Under the pieces are notes generated by a model. That model searched no databases. It was not told the DNA's origin and was given only the letters and a program-made list of their open reading frames with translations. A program made the position numbers and the translations under genes. Shown here piece by piece: positions 62,272-64,000 of a DNA stretch of 64,000 nucleotides. How positions within the stretch are numbered: position 1 is the stretch's first letter; the number at the start of each line of letters is the position of its first letter. Source of the DNA: an uncultured bacterium (lineage in GTDB: Bacteria; Chlamydiota; Chlamydiia; Chlamydiales; SM23-39); the NCBI GenBank assembly GCA_963716985.1, contig OY970323.1, positions 1,920,001 to 1,984,000 on the forward strand. Reading direction: 5' to 3'.

Positions 62272-63134
62272 ACAAACCCCACATTCCCTCTTGGATGCGC
62301 CGCTCCCTTTCCGATCAAGCAGGCTTAGGCTCGATGCAGCAAAGGCTCAAAGGCCGCTCACTTGAAAGCGTCTGCGAACAGGCTCTTTGCCCCAACCGCG
62401 CGGAGTGCTATGCAAAAAAAAGGACCACCTTTCTTGCTCTCGGAGACATTTGCACCAGATCATGCGCTTTTTGCCATATCGGATCCTCTTCCCGGCCCAA
62501 AACTCCCGACCCCAAGGAGGGAGAAAGGATCGCGTCTTTGGTCGCAGAGCTCAATCTGCGCCACGTAGTGGTCACGATGGTAACGCGCGACGATCTTCCC
62601 GATGGAGGAGCCTCCCACATGGCTGCCATCGTCCGGGAAATTCGAAAGAAAACAACAGCTACGATCGAGGTCTTAAGCTCTGATTTTTCCGGCAACTTGG
62701 CCCATTTGGATCTCTTGCTTCGAGAAGAAATCGACATTTTCAATCATAACCTGGAAACGGTCAAAGAGCTGACGCCCAAAATCCGCCCTTCTGCCCGATA
62801 CGAACGCTCCCTGTCCCTTCTTCGCCATGCCAAACACTCTTCTTTTGCCGGCAAGGTCAAATCGGGCCTGATGGTCGGCCTTGGGGAGACAAAGCAACAG
62901 GTGGTGCAAACTCTCTTCGATCTTCACTCTGTCGGGTGCGATATCGTGACCATCGGGCAATATCTTCAGCCGAGCAAAAAACAGCTAGAAGTTCAAGAAT
63001 TCATCTCTCCCAAAACCTTTCAAGAATATGAAGAGGCAGCAAGATCCCTTGGCATTCCCACCATCTTTGCAGGGCCCTATGTCCGCTCCAGCTACTGCGC
63101 AGAAGAGGTGTTCAAATCGCGTGCAAGCAGTTAA
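62268..63134 (+). CDS. lipA: Lipoyl synthase
   Basis: CEQALCPNRAEC, CTRSCAFC and VRSSY motifs. Confidence 0.97.
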   Translation: MNKPHIPSWMRRSLSDQAGLGSMQQRLKGRSLESVCEQALCPNRAECYAKKRTTFLALGDICTRSCAFCHIGSSSRPKTPDPKEGERIASLVAELNLRHVVVTMVTRDDLPDGGASHMAAIVREIRKKTTATIEVLSSDFSGNLAHLDLLLREEIDIFNHNLETVKELTPKIRPSARYERSLSLLRHAKHSSFAGKVKSGLMVGLGETKQQVVQTLFDLHSVGCDIVTIGQYLQPSKKQLEVQEFISPKTFQEYEEAARSLGIPTIFAGPYVRSSYCAEEVFKSRASS

Positions 63135-63283
63135 GAAATCGTAGCATTTCAAAAAGCGCCTTCGTTCTACAGAAAGCTCAAGATATTGAGGAGTATTTTT
63201 GTCTATACGTAAAAAAATTTCTTCAAAAAAATTTAAGAACTTAGCAATGAATTGGTTAAGATGTTTTTGCTATTGATCGTGAT

Positions 63284-63436
63284 GGCCTTGTTCACCTTTA
63301 CGGGCAAAATTTCGGTCAAGCGAAAGGCTAAGATGCCGCGATTTTTCGAGGAATCCATAGCTAACGCACAATGGATGATAAGAAAAGCATAGTTGGGACA
63401 GCCGGTCGAAAAGTGCCCGAAAATGTGAACAAGGCC
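63284..63436. mobile_element. 153-bp MITE, GGCCTTGTTCAC TIR, 8-bp TSD ATCGTGAT
   Basis: Same TIR as 53139-53257 with a different interior. Confidence 0.88.
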
Positions 63437-63591
63437 ATCGTGATAAAGTCAGGTTTCAAGTGATCTTCTTTAATCTTAATTAAAATATCCAATCCATTTA
63501 AATCATTTATATTCACTGACATACGCTCGTATATTAAGTCGCCTCCTCTTGGTTATCAATAACTTGTGATTACCAGAAAGAGGACATTTTA

Positions 63592-63856
63592 CTATGGGCG
63601 CAAAATCCAGTTGGATTTGACATATGATGTTAAATTTTAACTTGTTGTAGTAGTCACAATTGTATCATTTATGCGAGACAAAATATGGCTTTTGACCCCG
63701 ATGTAACTCACCTTCATTTGCATAATACGCTGATGTTTAGTTTTTTGTGGTAAAATGCGTTTCGTGATATGCGCCAAATGGTGATACAATTAGAACTCCG
63801 TAACGCATTAAAATTTAATGTTATATACAAAATCCAACGGGATTTTGCGCCCATAG
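63592..63856. mobile_element. 265-bp MITE with long imperfect TIRs, 8-bp TSD ACATTTTA
   Basis: CTATGGGCGCAAAATCC(A/C)GTTGGATTT at both ends. Confidence 0.85.
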
Positions 63857-63958
63857 ACATTTTAACTTAACGCTAATAACTTAACGCTAACATTTATCAA
63901 ATTTTTCTAGAAAAAAATTAACCGATCCTCTAAATTTTTTTTCACCTAGGAGGTTTTT

Positions 63959-64000
63959 ATGTCTTTTAAAATACCGGCTGGAGGGTCTTTTGCTTATGGA
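63959..64000 (+). CDS. Start of an unknown gene (runs off window)
   Basis: AGGAGG RBS followed by ATG. Confidence 0.4.
   Translation, partial: MSFKIPAGGSFAYG

Overview
Chromosomal segment of an environmental Chlamydiota bacterium, inferred from the chlamydial gene order (frr-pyrH-tsf-rpsB-tRNA-Gly-long pbp2; nnr-gpsA-UAP; mnmE-nth-psd-secA; CT556-like-lpdA-lipA). The core genes are interleaved with a wza/wzc polysaccharide locus, tandem membrane-protein paralogs, an autotransporter and four toxin-antitoxin-like pairs. A dense mobile-element zone (about 42.4-57.9 kb) holds IS66, IS982, IS701-like, IS200, IS21, ISAs1 and IS3 elements or remnants. At least six MITE families occur in the window, most with readable terminal inverted repeats (TIRs) and target-site duplications (TSDs). 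The main observations are: (1) a group II intron inserted directly after the ATG of an IS200 transposase, so splicing would rebuild tnpA in frame; (2) a DUF6399-type gene bounded by 80-bp TIRs and an 8-bp TSD, indicating a real IS; (3) an IS701-like element with a 27-bp flanking direct repeat; (4) an unclassified TG...CA element with an A10 frameshift site; (5) a reconstructable F-box-like gene of about 1160 aa with about 30 33-aa repeats, broken by three insertions. All family calls come from motif recognition by eye; no searches were run.
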